From assembly GCA_000708835.1 (NCBI GenBank), contig DF237137.1:85574-149573 (forward strand): a stretch of 64,000 bases of DNA, read 5' to 3'. The translations under genes were made by a program, and so were the position numbers. Shown here in pieces: positions 1 to 11,529 of this stretch. A model generated the notes under the pieces. It made no database searches. It worked only from the letters and a program-made list of their open reading frames with translations, and was not told the DNA's origin. How positions within the stretch are numbered: position 1 is the first letter of the stretch; the number at the start of each line of letters is the position of its first letter. Source of the stretch: Klebsormidium nitens. Its lineage: Eukaryota > Plantae > Klebsormidiophyceae.

Positions 1-109
1 TTGATTCTGTATTCGAGGTTGGAAGCCGCAGTTAAAAAACGTACCACCCTAGCAGCAGTTAAACCACCATAGCACTTATGACCATCACTCTTGTGTACAA
101 CGCAGGAAG

Positions 110-3100
110 ATGCTACCACTCGAGACCCACCCCAACTTCGCCGTTGACATCAAGCTTTTGACCGGAGAGCGCTTCAACGACACCCAGCGATCATGTCACG
201 GCTGTGGACAGAGGCTCTGGGCGGCAGTGGAGCGAGACGGCAGGCTAGTTCCCCATGGGATCCCCAAGCGCGAGACGGTCCTTAAAGAGGGGTTCATGGT
301 CTGTAGAGCAGATGCCTGTAAGTCCAAAACGACGGCGAAGCCTCGGAAGATCTTCTGTCTGGAGTGCCTCAGGGTTCGCGAGAGGGGGGGTGGCAGCATC
401 CCCTTTGAAGCTTGCTTCAAAACCCGACCCGACAAGAGCCTTGAGCAGCTCCTTCGGGAGTGTCTCCATTGCAAGCTGGGGCAGGGTGCGCAGTGCAAGA
501 TCCGGGAATCAGACGACCTTTCATGCCCAAGCGCCGTCTAGAACAGAGACCACCGCAGGGGCTCCAAGAAGCGCAAGAAAGATGATTCCCAGCGCGAGCT
601 CACCCCATGGCTCGGCGCTTGGAGGCATACTTTCGCCTGGCGAGACCAGTTTCTGACGAACCTCGTCCACCTCCCAAACCCCCATCAATACCTCTTCTTC
701 TACCCTGGGTCAGCCCCTCGCGATGCCGTCTTCCACACCATGCGGCTCAGCTCCCCAAGAATTGTGTACGAGTGGGCGTACCTCTGGCCTCTGCCGGAGT
801 TGCCCGCGCTCGAATCCATCTTCTTCATCCAGCCCGGGGGGGCGCACCAACCAAGGAAGTTGGCTTGTGATCCGATGCCGCCCCATCCAGTTAGGTTCTC
901 GTACCGCACTCAGCCCCCTTTTCACGGCGGCGTGCTCTTCTTCGCTCGAGCCCCCTGTCTGTACGCTTACTACGAAAAGGCTGCCGACCTGGTCCCGGAA
1001 GACGCACCACTCTCGCAGAAGCAGCGCCTGGCCGAAGACACGGTAAGCCTGCCACGTCAGCGAATGACTTGTAGGAGAAATGAAGGCATTTTTCCTGAGC
1101 AGATTCCCTGTTGGCACTATCGACAAGACAATCTTTGAGCATAGAAAAATACCGGTGAGATGACAAGAACTGCCATGTCGGTGCTTGATTGTTCACTCTG
1201 CCGAGGATCACCCCAAGGTGCTGGATGGTATGGTCATCTAGATTGTTTGAAAAGCATGCACGCAATGGGCGTGCCACTCACGAGCGCTGCTATCAGCCAC
1301 GCTGCTTGTCAAGGTCACATGGAGTGTGTGTTGTGGCTTCTAGATAACAATTGCCCAATGGAAGCAAATGCATGCACGATGGCTACGTCTGGGGGTCAAT
1401 TCCAAGTGCTTAAGTTGCTACGACGACACGGATGCCCTTGGGATCATTTGGCATTAAAAGAAGCCCTGTCCCGCAACAATTTTAAGATCCTGTATTGGGC
1501 GCTAGATAATGGATGTCCTTGGGACCCATGGTGTTGCCCACCGAACGTAACAGGATAAGATAAGGTTGCCTCTTATGCGGATAAGGCAGGGTCCGCGTCG
1601 TGTTCTTCTCGAAGTAAGTAGTTCTCTTCCTCCCTCTCTCCAGGTGAAAATCACGCGCGAGATCCCCGCAGAGGTGTACGAACGCGAGCTGCCCCTCCTC
1701 ATCGAGCAGTTTCGAGCGCATGCCCAACGAAAGACGCCGTTGCACACGGGGCGCCTGCCCGGGAACTTCATGCTCATCGCCAACATCCGACAGGACTGGC
1801 GTCGGGAAGAGTCGGGTCGGATTTTGAGGGCACGCGTGGTAGAGCCCGATCTCAGGGCGAAGAAGCACGGGGCGACAGCCAAGCGGCCCGACTGGCCGGT
1901 CCTCGTGCGCGTTGTGCCAGGGGCGGAGGCGACGCTTGACTGCTCGTGCGAGATGAAAGCGTCGGGTGGGCGGTGTTACCACAAGGGCGTCTTGGAGGCC
2001 CTGCACTCCGAGCTGCGCGACCTGCCCGTGTACTGTTCCGAGGACGCGCTGGTGCGTATCGGCGGCTCTGTCCGCAAGCCGACTTTCAAGGATCTGGACG
2101 GCACCGCGACGAAGGCGCTCGAGTGGAAGGTCAAAGACGCCGAGGGGGGCGGTTCTGCGGAGACCGTCACCTTCTACATCCATCACGCTGGGGCCTCTGG
2201 GACGCTCATCGCCGAACGGAAGGAGAGGAAAGGGGGGGCTGCTCTGGAGTGGGCGTGCGCCAAGTGCCCACTGGGCAAGACGGACCTGGAGGGGCGCTGC
2301 GTGCATTCCTATCGGAAGGCGGGGTTGACCAGCTTCGTGCAGCAGGGGGATGGGGTGGACGAGCCGTCGAGTCCCGAAGAGGTCTGGGGGCAAGACTATG
2401 GGGTCAAGCCGTACCCGAAGCTCGGCACGGCGACGGCGGTCGTCTGCACCGCCTGCCCGCGCGGCTACCGCAACCTGGCGGAGGACGCGAGCGAGACCCG
2501 GAGGCACGCCTGCCGCCACCTGGCCGAGTTTCCCCTTGCACAGCCCCCTCCGGAGCGCACGGCAGAGCAACTGCGCGAGCGGCCGATCCTGTACGGGCCG
2601 CACCTGCGGGTCGCGCACGTTTGCACCACGGCCTGCGACCTGAGGCCCTGCGGCCAGCTACCGCCCCGGCACGACAAGGTGAATCAGACCGCCGAGCACG
2701 ACGCGAGCGTGCAGGATATCTCAAGGTGGTGCGCCCTGGGCACATTCTGCCAGGACCGCCCTGCCAGCCCTCCCCCTTGCGGCGGGGGTTGGAAGCTAGG
2801 GTGGAAAAAGAAGGGGACGGGCAAGGCCCGGCTGTTGCGCCTCAACTCGCTGCAGGAGATCTCCCTTGGCACCTGGAAGTGCTACCCACGATGCCCGTCA
2901 AAGTGCGCGCTCAAGTTCGACGCTGCCAGCCTCGGGCTCTACTTCCTCTCTCCCAAGGTCCTGTGCACCCAGCCGGTGCTGAAGGCCCTCGAAGACGCCG
3001 TGTACAACAAGCACCAGTCATTCAAACAAGCTGCGCAGACGTGGGACGCAACCGCTCGCCGCACCTCTTCGCGTAAGTGCTCAACTCCCTAACCCACAGC

Positions 3101-3870
3101 CAATCAGAGCGCGCCACGTGGCATGGATGGAGGTTTGGCTTTCGCACGCTGCCGCTTAGGATGGAAGCGGAATAGGATGAAGTTGAATCTGTTCGAGTTG
3201 TTTCATGCGATTCGCCGCTGTCCTGATCTGACGCAGCTCCGTGCTTTGGCAGCTTGCAACGAGCGGAGGCTCGAGATTTCGACCAAGTGCGAGTCCAAGC
3301 CCATGCCGACGGGAGAGCCCAAGGGGGACGAGGAGACTGGGACGAAAGACTCAGGGACAGCAGCTTGGGGTGAGGTTCTTGCTCAGGTGTCTTTATTCCA
3401 ACACAAGAACAACCAAACGGTCGATCGCTCTGCCTAAGCCTAAGCAACGTAGCGGGATGCAGCGAAACTTGCACGATGTCTTAACGCCAAGTCGTCTGTG
3501 TCATGCAGATGCAATCCTGGGGGTGAGCGGCGTACGGTCGCTCTGCGAGGGAAGGGCACGTGACGCCATCATGCGATACATCCAGCACCTCGACGACCAC
3601 TCGGTCGAGCAGAAGATGCGCGAGCGCGAGGGTGCAGTGGAGGCCATGGCGTTGCCGCCTGTCCCACGCCGACAGCCCGACTTCGTGCCTGCAACGGGGA
3701 ACGAGAAGACGCCTTCCTTTGTACTCTTCGTGCCGCCCGCCGAACCCACTGAGGACCTGGTGGGGGCAAAGGTACAAAAGTACTTCCGGGAGAACCAGGC
3801 CAAACGGACGAAAGGTCGGACGTACCTGGGTGTGGTGACGGAGTATGTCTACGAAAAGCTCCAGTGGCGG
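110..3870 (+). CDS. Multi-exon Zn-finger protein: Cys-rich N-terminus, three SWIM-like CxC/CxxC...CxH motifs, CxC cluster like KDZ/HMGXB3 transposase N-termini, partial Tudor-like C-terminus; 3' end missing
   Basis: One frame runs 110-1042 with a single TAG at 539-541 (SCHGCGQR, FCLECL, CLHC). Phase-compatible splices 1042/1645, 3071/~3160, ~3370/~3510; last donor at 3871. Motifs DCSCEMKASGGRCYH, CAKCPLGKTDLEGRCVH, CTACPRG...ACRH, FDAASLGLYFLSPKVLCTQPVL, LVGAKVQKYF...YLGVVTEY. Domain names come from motif recognition only. Confidence 0.55.
1160..1558 (+). CDS. Short ankyrin-repeat ORF (GCPWD type) inside a predicted intron
   Basis: Four repeats: GHLDCLKSMHAMGVPL, GHMECVLWLLDNNCPM, GQFQVLKLLRRHGCPWD, NNFKILYWALDNGCPWD. 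Visibly lower GC than the flanking exons. Confidence 0.7.
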   Translation: MTRTAMSVLDCSLCRGSPQGAGWYGHLDCLKSMHAMGVPLTSAAISHAACQGHMECVLWLLDNNCPMEANACTMATSGGQFQVLKLLRRHGCPWDHLALKEALSRNNFKILYWALDNGCPWDPWCCPPNVTG

Positions 3871-3954
3871 GTAAGTTACTCTTGCTCACCTTGTATCGAA
3901 GCTTTTCTGGAGAAAGTACCAATGGGCTTGTAATAAATACATGATTACTAGTAT

Positions 3955-4992
3955 TCATGATTTTCCTCCTCATTATTATTCCGTTTTCCCCCCCGGTTAC
4001 CCCCCCTCCTCCGCCTCTTTTCCCTCATCCTCCCCGGGGCCCCCCTTTACCCCCCCCTTCATCCCCCTCCTCCGCCTCTTTTCCCTCATCCTCCCCGGGG
4101 CCCCCCTTTACCCCNNNNNNNNNNNNNNNNNNNNNNNNNNNNNNNNNNNNNNNNNNNNNNNNNNNNNNNNNNNNNNNNNNNNNNNNNNNNNNNNNNNNNN
4201 NNNNNNNNNNNNNNNNNNNNNNNNNNNNNNNNNNNNNNNNNNNNNNNNNNNNNNNNNNNNNNNNNNNNNNNNNNNNNNNNNNNNNNNNNNNNNNNNNNNN
4301 NNNNNNNNNNNNNNNNNNNNNNNNNNNNNNNNNNNNNNNNNNNNNNNNNNNNNNNNNNNNNNNNNNNNNNNNNNNNNNNNNNNNNNNNNNNNNNNNNNNN
4401 NNNNNNNNNNNNNNNNNNNNNNNNNNNNNNNNNNNNNNNNNNNNNNNNNNNNNNNNNNNNNNNNNNNNNNNNNNNNNNNNNNNNNNNNNNNNNNNNNNNN
4501 NNNNNNNNNNNNNNNNNNNNNNNNNNNNNNNNNNNNNNNNNNNNNNNNNNNNNNNNNNNNNNNNNNNNNNNNNNNNNNNNNNNNNNNNNNNNNNNNNNNN
4601 NNNNNNNNNNNNNNNNNNNNNNNNNNNNNNNNNNNNNNNNNNNNNNNNNNNNNNNNNNNNNNNNNNNNNNNNNNNNNNNNNNNNNNNNNNNNNNNNNNNN
4701 NNNNNNNNNNNNNNNNNNNNNNNNNNNNNNNNNNNNNNNNNNNNNNNNNNNNNNNNNNNNNNNNNNNNNNNNNNNNNNNNNNNNNNNNNNNNNNNNNNNN
4801 NNNNNNNNNNNNNNNNNNNNNNNNNNNNNNNNNNNNNNNNCCCTCATCCTCCCCGGGGGGGCCTATACCCCGGCCCTCATCCCCCTCCTCCGCCTCATTT
4901 TGTTCATCCACCGGGGAGGGCCTATAACCCCGGCCCTCACCGGTCTCCTCCGCCTCATTCCGCTCACTGAGAGAAAAGAGGAGGATGAGCAT
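3955..4992. repeat. Left subterminal tandem array (~61-bp C-rich unit, CCCTCATCCTCCCCGGGG...CTCCTCCGCCTC), containing an N gap
   Basis: Unit starts at 4022 and 4083 and resumes at 4841 after the gap. Its reverse complement matches the 19525-20592 array. Confidence 0.85.
4115..4840. other. Assembly gap (N run)
   Basis: Run of N. Confidence 1.
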
Positions 4993-5435
4993 GAAGAGAT
5001 GCATGCGACATGGTTTGTGCATAGGTAGCCTTCAGGGAGGACACTAGAGGCGCGGGGAAGACAGCATTGCCTTTGAGGAGCCATTTGGCAGCCCCTCTTC
5101 ATCATGGTTGCACTCTAGGATGTACTCAGACATTGTCATTCCGCGGCGCCCTGACGAAAGCCACCCCCCCCCCGGCCCCCCAGTCGCCGCAGCCATGTAG
5201 CTCAAGCACACAGCCAAGCGTGTGTGCATGTACAGTCACAACTTCAGCAAAAGCGGGACAGCATTCTGCATTGGGTCTTGGCGCAGTCAGGAGGGCCATT
5301 TGGCAGCCTCCATTATAAGCGTTGCAGTCTAGGTATCACGCAAAGCTTGTTAGTTTGCGGCGCCCTAACGAAAGCCACCCCCCCCCCGGCCCCCCAGTTG
5401 CCCAGGCCATGTAGCTCAAGGACCCAGCCCCGAAG

Positions 5436-8400
5436 ATGTCCAGCAAGAAACAGAAGCGCGGAGATCTGGGCGCGTCAGATCCGATGGGCAAGATCGACGC
5501 CCTTGCAGCGCCCCTGTGCCTGATGAGCTTCGTGCTTCTCCTGGACTGCCTGAAGCTTTTTCCGCAGCCCTTTCCAACCAGGACAGAGCTCATTGCCTCC
5601 ATTGTAAACATCACCCTGCCGCCGCACAGCAAGATAGATAGGGTCGCTGTTAAAGAACGTGATCGACAAGCTGAAGGGTGCTTCCGGGGACCTGTCACTT
5701 CTGAGCGGGCGCAAAGCGCCCAGCGGTCAGGGAGATTGCGCAGAATCAGTGCTTGCTCTTTGTTGCATTTCCGAAGCCCACAACATGCTTCCTGTGCTCC
5801 GAGCAATTGAGATGGGTGGACGAGTCAAAGGCCAGAAAGCCATTCTTTTTTCCGCACGACGGCCCGCCTGGCAAAGGGATCGTGCACGAGAAGTTCTGCC
5901 CTGCATGCAATGCTTTCTTTTCGAGAAGCTACTACTGTTCACCAGACTCTGAGGTGCGCCGGCCATACCCTGCTGCCCACGACAATGACACGTGGCTGGA
6001 GCTGACGGGGGAGACGCTGATCGGCAAGGAGCTGCTCCGGCGCCATGATGAACACCTGTGAGTGATCGGTCTCTCTGCGGTTATGCTGAGGCTTCAGGAT
6101 TACATTCGAAATTCAAGAAACATTCTGGTTTCCACAATCTTTCAGATTGTTGCTGGCTCTTCTCTCTAGTTCGAGTTTGAAAGGAAAGAGTGCTCATCCA
6201 TTGCTGCCAACTTGTGGCTGACTATTTGGGGACCATAAAGAAAGTGGCTTACAAGACGCAGCATCAGCCGTTGTTTCTGGCCTCAGTTGAGGACTCCAAG
6301 CAAATGCTAACATTGCTCCACAGCAGCATTCTGCCCAACAAGCGTTGATTCACTTGCATTCTCAGGTTTTGCAGGTTTGCATTGCTTCTTCGCTTTGAAG
6401 AAATGAAAAGGGATCAATCTTTCTGAAGGATGTGCCCGGAACAGAAACAGGGTGGTTCTCAGCAGATTATGCCATCGAGGCTGAGCGTTCGAACTATGAA
6501 GGTTGATCAGATCAGAAAGTTTGCCAGGATCTTGGACACGGTGCTTCCAGGGTTTCTGAAGTTTGAAAGTGTGTTTTGCAACTGCATGCGGGCACCCGTC
6601 AGTCTCCCGGTCAGCTTGTGTGGCTCAGGCTTGGCCTCCTCAATCTCTGCAGGTACTATATGCACGCCAGCTTCGTCTCTGCAGTTCGTGCTCACAATGC
6701 GTCCTTCGACCTTGACCGTTTCTCAGAAGAGCCTGCGGCAGCTCTCCAGCGGGTGCAGCGAAAACGGTCTCTAAGGGGGAGTCTAAACAGGCAACGATTC
6801 GAGCACGCATACTTTCAGTTCTGGGCCGTCCGATTCTGCCAGGAGCACAGCCCCAGCTTGCTAGAGGAACTAGATTTGCGTGACCCGATCGACAGCATCC
6901 TCAGCTGTCTCAACGATCCGTTCTGGTGCCACCTGCGAGACGAGGCTCTCGAGCACAGCAAGCGCTGCGAGAATGAGCTCTGCGGGAGGTATTGCCACTT
7001 CGACGGCAATGCCAAGGTCTTTCGGGCATGCTGTGCAAACAAGGAGGATGAGCTTTTCCAGACCGCAATCGGCCGGGTTGTGAAGGGTTGTCCCAGGACC
7101 CCACTCAAGAGCAAGAAGTACTGCCGCGTGCACCACGCAGGAGTGCCGGCCGGAAGTGCGGCAGTGCCGGGCGATGCGGGGGGCCAGCCGGGACAGCTGG
7201 GGCAGCCGGGACAGCTGGAAGCAATCCTGGGGCTAGGGGACGGTCAGATCGCCGAGGTCGGGGCGGGCGATGTGGAGGAGATCGATCTCCGGGACCTCGA
7301 CAGCGACGGCGAGTACGATGAGGGGGACGACGAGTCGGACGTTGAGGGAGGGGCCGAGGAAGAGCGAGGCGGTGCGGCGGGCGGGGGGGGTTCGGAAATC
7401 GAGGGTGCTGCTGCGTCCGCTGAGAAGTGGGACATGGATGCTGGGCCGGTGTCGCTGCGGACGCGGAGGAACAGGAAGCTGCTGCAGGAGGACGAGTCGC
7501 TGTACGAGGCGGAACGAATCGAGATGAGCATGCTCAAAAACGGGGTGAGCCTGCACAAGTTTGGACTACGTAACTTACCTGCTCAAGGTGCCTTCTTCTT
7601 AAATTCCTAGTGTAAAGAACCGTCAGGTTGCACGCATCTGCCTGAGAATTGAAACCGCACTTGGATGGGCAAGTGTTACAGTTTCTTTGGCAGTGAAGTA
7701 GGTTTCGTCCGTACAATCTATCACAGTCCTGGACGCCGTTGTCTGATGAGTTTGAGCTTAACTTAAGTTTCAGCTTAGCTGAAGTTTGTGGTCGCTTCAT
7801 CCGACCAGTAAGATACTTGGTATCAGGACGATAATCTCTAAGCAGAAGAGGCCAAAATTATTTGTGCTTCTGTGTTGGAAACTCTTGCGCTGAATCTTCC
7901 GAGGGGAGGTTCCAACGTAGAAGCTGTCAGCGCCTCTGCAGATCTTGCTATCTTGCAGGTTTAGGGTCTGCAAGGGTCTTTTCCTTTTCGCAGTAGTAAC
8001 TCGTCACGAACAGCTGAATCCCTTTAAAAATCTGCATGGTTCCAGGGCCTTTTTGGGTGAAGTACGTCCAACTTGCGTAGGCCTGCATATTGCAAACGTT
8101 AGTTTAGGGCAGGCATTTAGGGTTTCAGGGGTTCTCACGTGGGTCTGCAGATCGCCGTCATTGATTTAGTTTAACTTTTCAAGATTTTGAGGCACCTGCG
8201 AGCTACCCCGCTCTCTTCAGGTACCGATTTACCTGGTGAAGTGGAAAGGTTGCTCGGCCATGGAGAACACGTGGGAGCCAGAGGAGAACGTCACCGTCTT
8301 TGGCCGGGACCTGTTGGACGAGTACCTTCGCTCGCAGCCGCAAGGTAAAGCTGCCGGCATCGCGTCTGCAGGGCCTCCAAATGGGAGGGCTTCCCGTGCT

Positions 8401-11286
8401 CGGAACTTGCACGGCAGGAGAGATGTGGCTTGTAATCCTCCTCTCGAGTCGTGGATACAAACTCCCCCTTTCGAAGCTGCATGTTCTAGTTCTGCATCGA
8501 TGATTCTCCGCTAACTCGTGCTGCGAATTTTGCTCCGAGAAGCGCTGCATCCTGCGGCTCTGACGCGCTGCAAGCACTATGCTGCAGGCGACTTCTACAC
8601 CCGCGACCGCGAGGACCAGGTCCCGGATCCCGCGCCGGAGGCGGCTGCCGACAAGCCGCGCCGGCAGACCAAGCTGACAGCCTGCACCCCACGTACCGGC
8701 TCCGACGGTCGCGGCGTGACCGCCGGCACACTGGTCGCCTTCTGGGTGTGCGGGTACATGTTCCCCCCGCTAGAGCTCATCCTCTCGGAGTCCACCACCA
8801 TGGTGAGCAACGGGCAGAGGTTGCCGCCCCTGCCAGACTGGCGGCCCTTTGCTGCTTCCGGATTTTGAGCCCCGCTGTGCTCCCATGAGCCCCAAGACAT
8901 CTCCGTGTCCACACTTGTACACACCGGTTTCACCGTTCATAGTCTCGGTTTTTGATTCTTTACGAAGGGCAACGCACTACCTCCCCTTTCAACCGAGCCT
9001 GCTCTGAGTGCTGTACGGGTCAGTCAAGCCATCCCGCTCTACTAGTTGTTCCGCTCATGCTGTTTGCTTTGTGACTTTGCACAAAAAGGGGGACGCACCA
9101 CTGTCCTTTTCTCTCGAAATCGCCCCGAGCACAGCAAGGGCGAGTGAAGCGATCGGCGGTAAAATCCCGCTCTAGTTGTTCCGCTTCTAGTTTGTGCTTT
9201 CTGCTAAGTTTGCTTTCTTGGTTCCTCTCCGGTTGTCGTGCTCCTGCTTGCTCAATTCAGTTACTATGTGAGAGGAGACACGTTGCCACCCTGCCAGTTG
9301 AACCCGTTCTGAGCGCTGCCTTGGTCAGTCGAAACACCTCGCTCTAGTTGTTCCGCTTAGAGTTTTTTGTTCCGATCACAGCAAGGGCGAGTCAACCGAC
9401 TGGCGCTGAACTTTCCGCTCTGGTCGCTCAGCTTTAACTTTAACTTCCTGGTTTCTCGTAAGCTTGGGTCAATGTGGCACGGCACAAGTTATGCGGCAGC
9501 TTTCCGACCCATCATGGGCCGGCCAGTCTTTTGTGTCCGTCACTCTCCCCCGTTGCGCCCGGGTCTCAGGCTTGAACGTCCGTGTTGGCTTGGACAGCAG
9601 TCAACGTCCGATCCAATGACCCGTGCATGCCGCCCCCCTCCAGGTGCACCACTACATGACGCTCCTGTTTGCGCACGTGCGGCTGCCCGAGTTCATAGGC
9701 ATGGACGACATGTGCCACTGGGCACGGTTTGCGGCAAGCGGCGGGCGGACCGCGATGCATGACAAGACGCGCGAGTTCCACGAGGAGACGAAAAAAGTCG
9801 GTAAGGCACTCGACGAAACTTTTGTGCACTACTAGCTTTCAAAGATGCTACAAGTTCGTATCAATGTGTAGAGCAAGGTCGATCAGGTTTTGAGTCAGAA
9901 AGTGACCGCAGAAAGTCGGGTAAGGGTTAAACAGAAATGGGTTTTCGAGGCGTGGCACTGCCATGCCTGGTAAATCCGGGTTTAAAAGCAGCCGTTTCGC
10001 CTGACTTCAGAGCGAATGGAGCGAAACGAGGCGGGGGGTGAGTGGAGGGAACCTATAAGGGTAGGCAGAAGCCTTCAAGAAACTGTCCTTGTTGGAAGCA
10101 GAGACCCTGACGCGGGCACAAACAAAGCGTGTTTTAAAAGGTCGAGAAAAGACCACTAGAAAAGACCAGTAGCGCAATTCACGGAAATGACGGAAATTCG
10201 ATTCTAAGCTTGTACACGTCTGGTATGAAGGGTCCTGGATACGAGTGTCGAGTTTCGGAACCAAAAAGTCCGAAATCGGGTTAGAAAACCGGTTTGCGCA
10301 GAGGGTTGGTTTGTTGGGATGTTTGGCTCGGGGGTGCAATTTGGGGTTTTCAAACCAGGTTTGCAGCGCGAAAAACGCGCGGTCAAGGGTTCTGGGTGTG
10401 CGAACGCATTTGAGGGGTTTGAAATAATGGGGAAGGTGCGCTTTATGGCTCGGAAAGCTGTGTGGTTAGGTAATGCGAGCAGCGAAAAAGAAGGAAAGTA
10501 AAGTATCGAAACCAGGGTTTTCAAGGCCGGTTAAGCGCAGGTTAAGGGGAGGTTTTGGTATCGGTCAGATAGCGATAGTAGTACATACCTTCTGTTGGCA
10601 GCAGTCGCTGGCCATCGTCGTGGGGGCGCACGGACTGCCGGTGCGCCGTGCTCATGCGCCATCGAACCAAAGTGATATATATCTGCACTCGTTGCATTCA
10701 TTATGCATCGCTGACATCATCTTCCGTCTTCCCCCCCGCAGTGGACAAGTTCCACTTCAAGAAGAACCATGTGGGCCGGTGGTGCGCAGAACACACAAAC
10801 CCGTACAAGCATCCCGAGCTGGAGTCGGCGAACATGTCGGTGTGCGAACAGCGCTTTAAATGGTGGGGCCAGTTCCGAACATCTCTGAGGTGAGAACACT
10901 GTTCATGCGTCATTCGCTGGAGCAACTGGACAATGTTGTTTCATGCAAAGTGCTAGGAAAGTCGTACCAGAAAAGTCACATCAAGTATAGTCTGCCGCAG
11001 TGCGACAAACTTGCAGCTCCAAAGTGCCTATCGACCGTTCTTGCCGAGTCAAACTCGTACATCTAGAGAGCTGTTTATGTTCCGGTCTAGGTACATGTCC
11101 GAGCACCGCTTCCGCTTCATGATCCTGGTGATCACAAAGCTGGATCACATGAAGCGAAACGCGGAGCAAGACAGGCAGCTGCGGGCCCTCGCTGCGGCCC
11201 ACGCCGCCACCAGGACCACCAAGGACAGACAAGCTACCACTGCGACACCTACACTAGCGAATCAGGTGATCGAACTCTCGGTCTAG
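5436..11286 (+). CDS. KDZ (Kyakuja-Dileera-Zisupton)-type transposase with CxC Zn clusters and an inserted chromodomain
   Basis: Approximate exons 5436-5725, 5811-6058, 6653-7544, 8221-8344, 8589-8801, 9644-9800, 10742-10889, 11090-11286; the junctions from 6058 onward are phase-compatible. Motifs KFCPACNAFFSRSYY (CxC5-like), HFDGNAKVFRACC (D at 7002), GCPRTPLKSKKYCRVH, TAGTLVAFWVCG...LSES, GMDDMCH (9704), VDKFHFKKNH...WC, NMSVCEQRFKW (E at 10846). Confidence 0.88.
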
Positions 11287-11529
11287 TCTAGTCCATGTCC
11301 ATCTCCCGGCCATTTGAAGCGGATGCTGACTTGTTGCTCTTGTCAGAGTTGTCGGAGTCCGATTCGTCTTGCTGCACAGCAACCAAGCAAGAAGGTATCA
11401 GTGACTCGCGGTAGAAGGGATTCGGATCCGTAATCTTGACGTAAGCAGGCCCGCAGGAGATTCTAGATAAGTTGCACCGACTTCCGATTCACTTTCAAGG
11501 ACTTTGCTTAGGCCAGCAGCTTTCGCAAC

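Noticed and set aside
1482-3076. Long overlapping ORFs 1482-2618 (-) and 1946-3076 (+)
   Set aside because: Shadow frames of the GC-rich coding exon 1645-3071; Arg/Ala/Pro-rich with no motifs.
3941-5022. ORFs running across the N gaps (also 19644-20450)
   Set aside because: Artefacts of translating N runs and low-complexity repeat.
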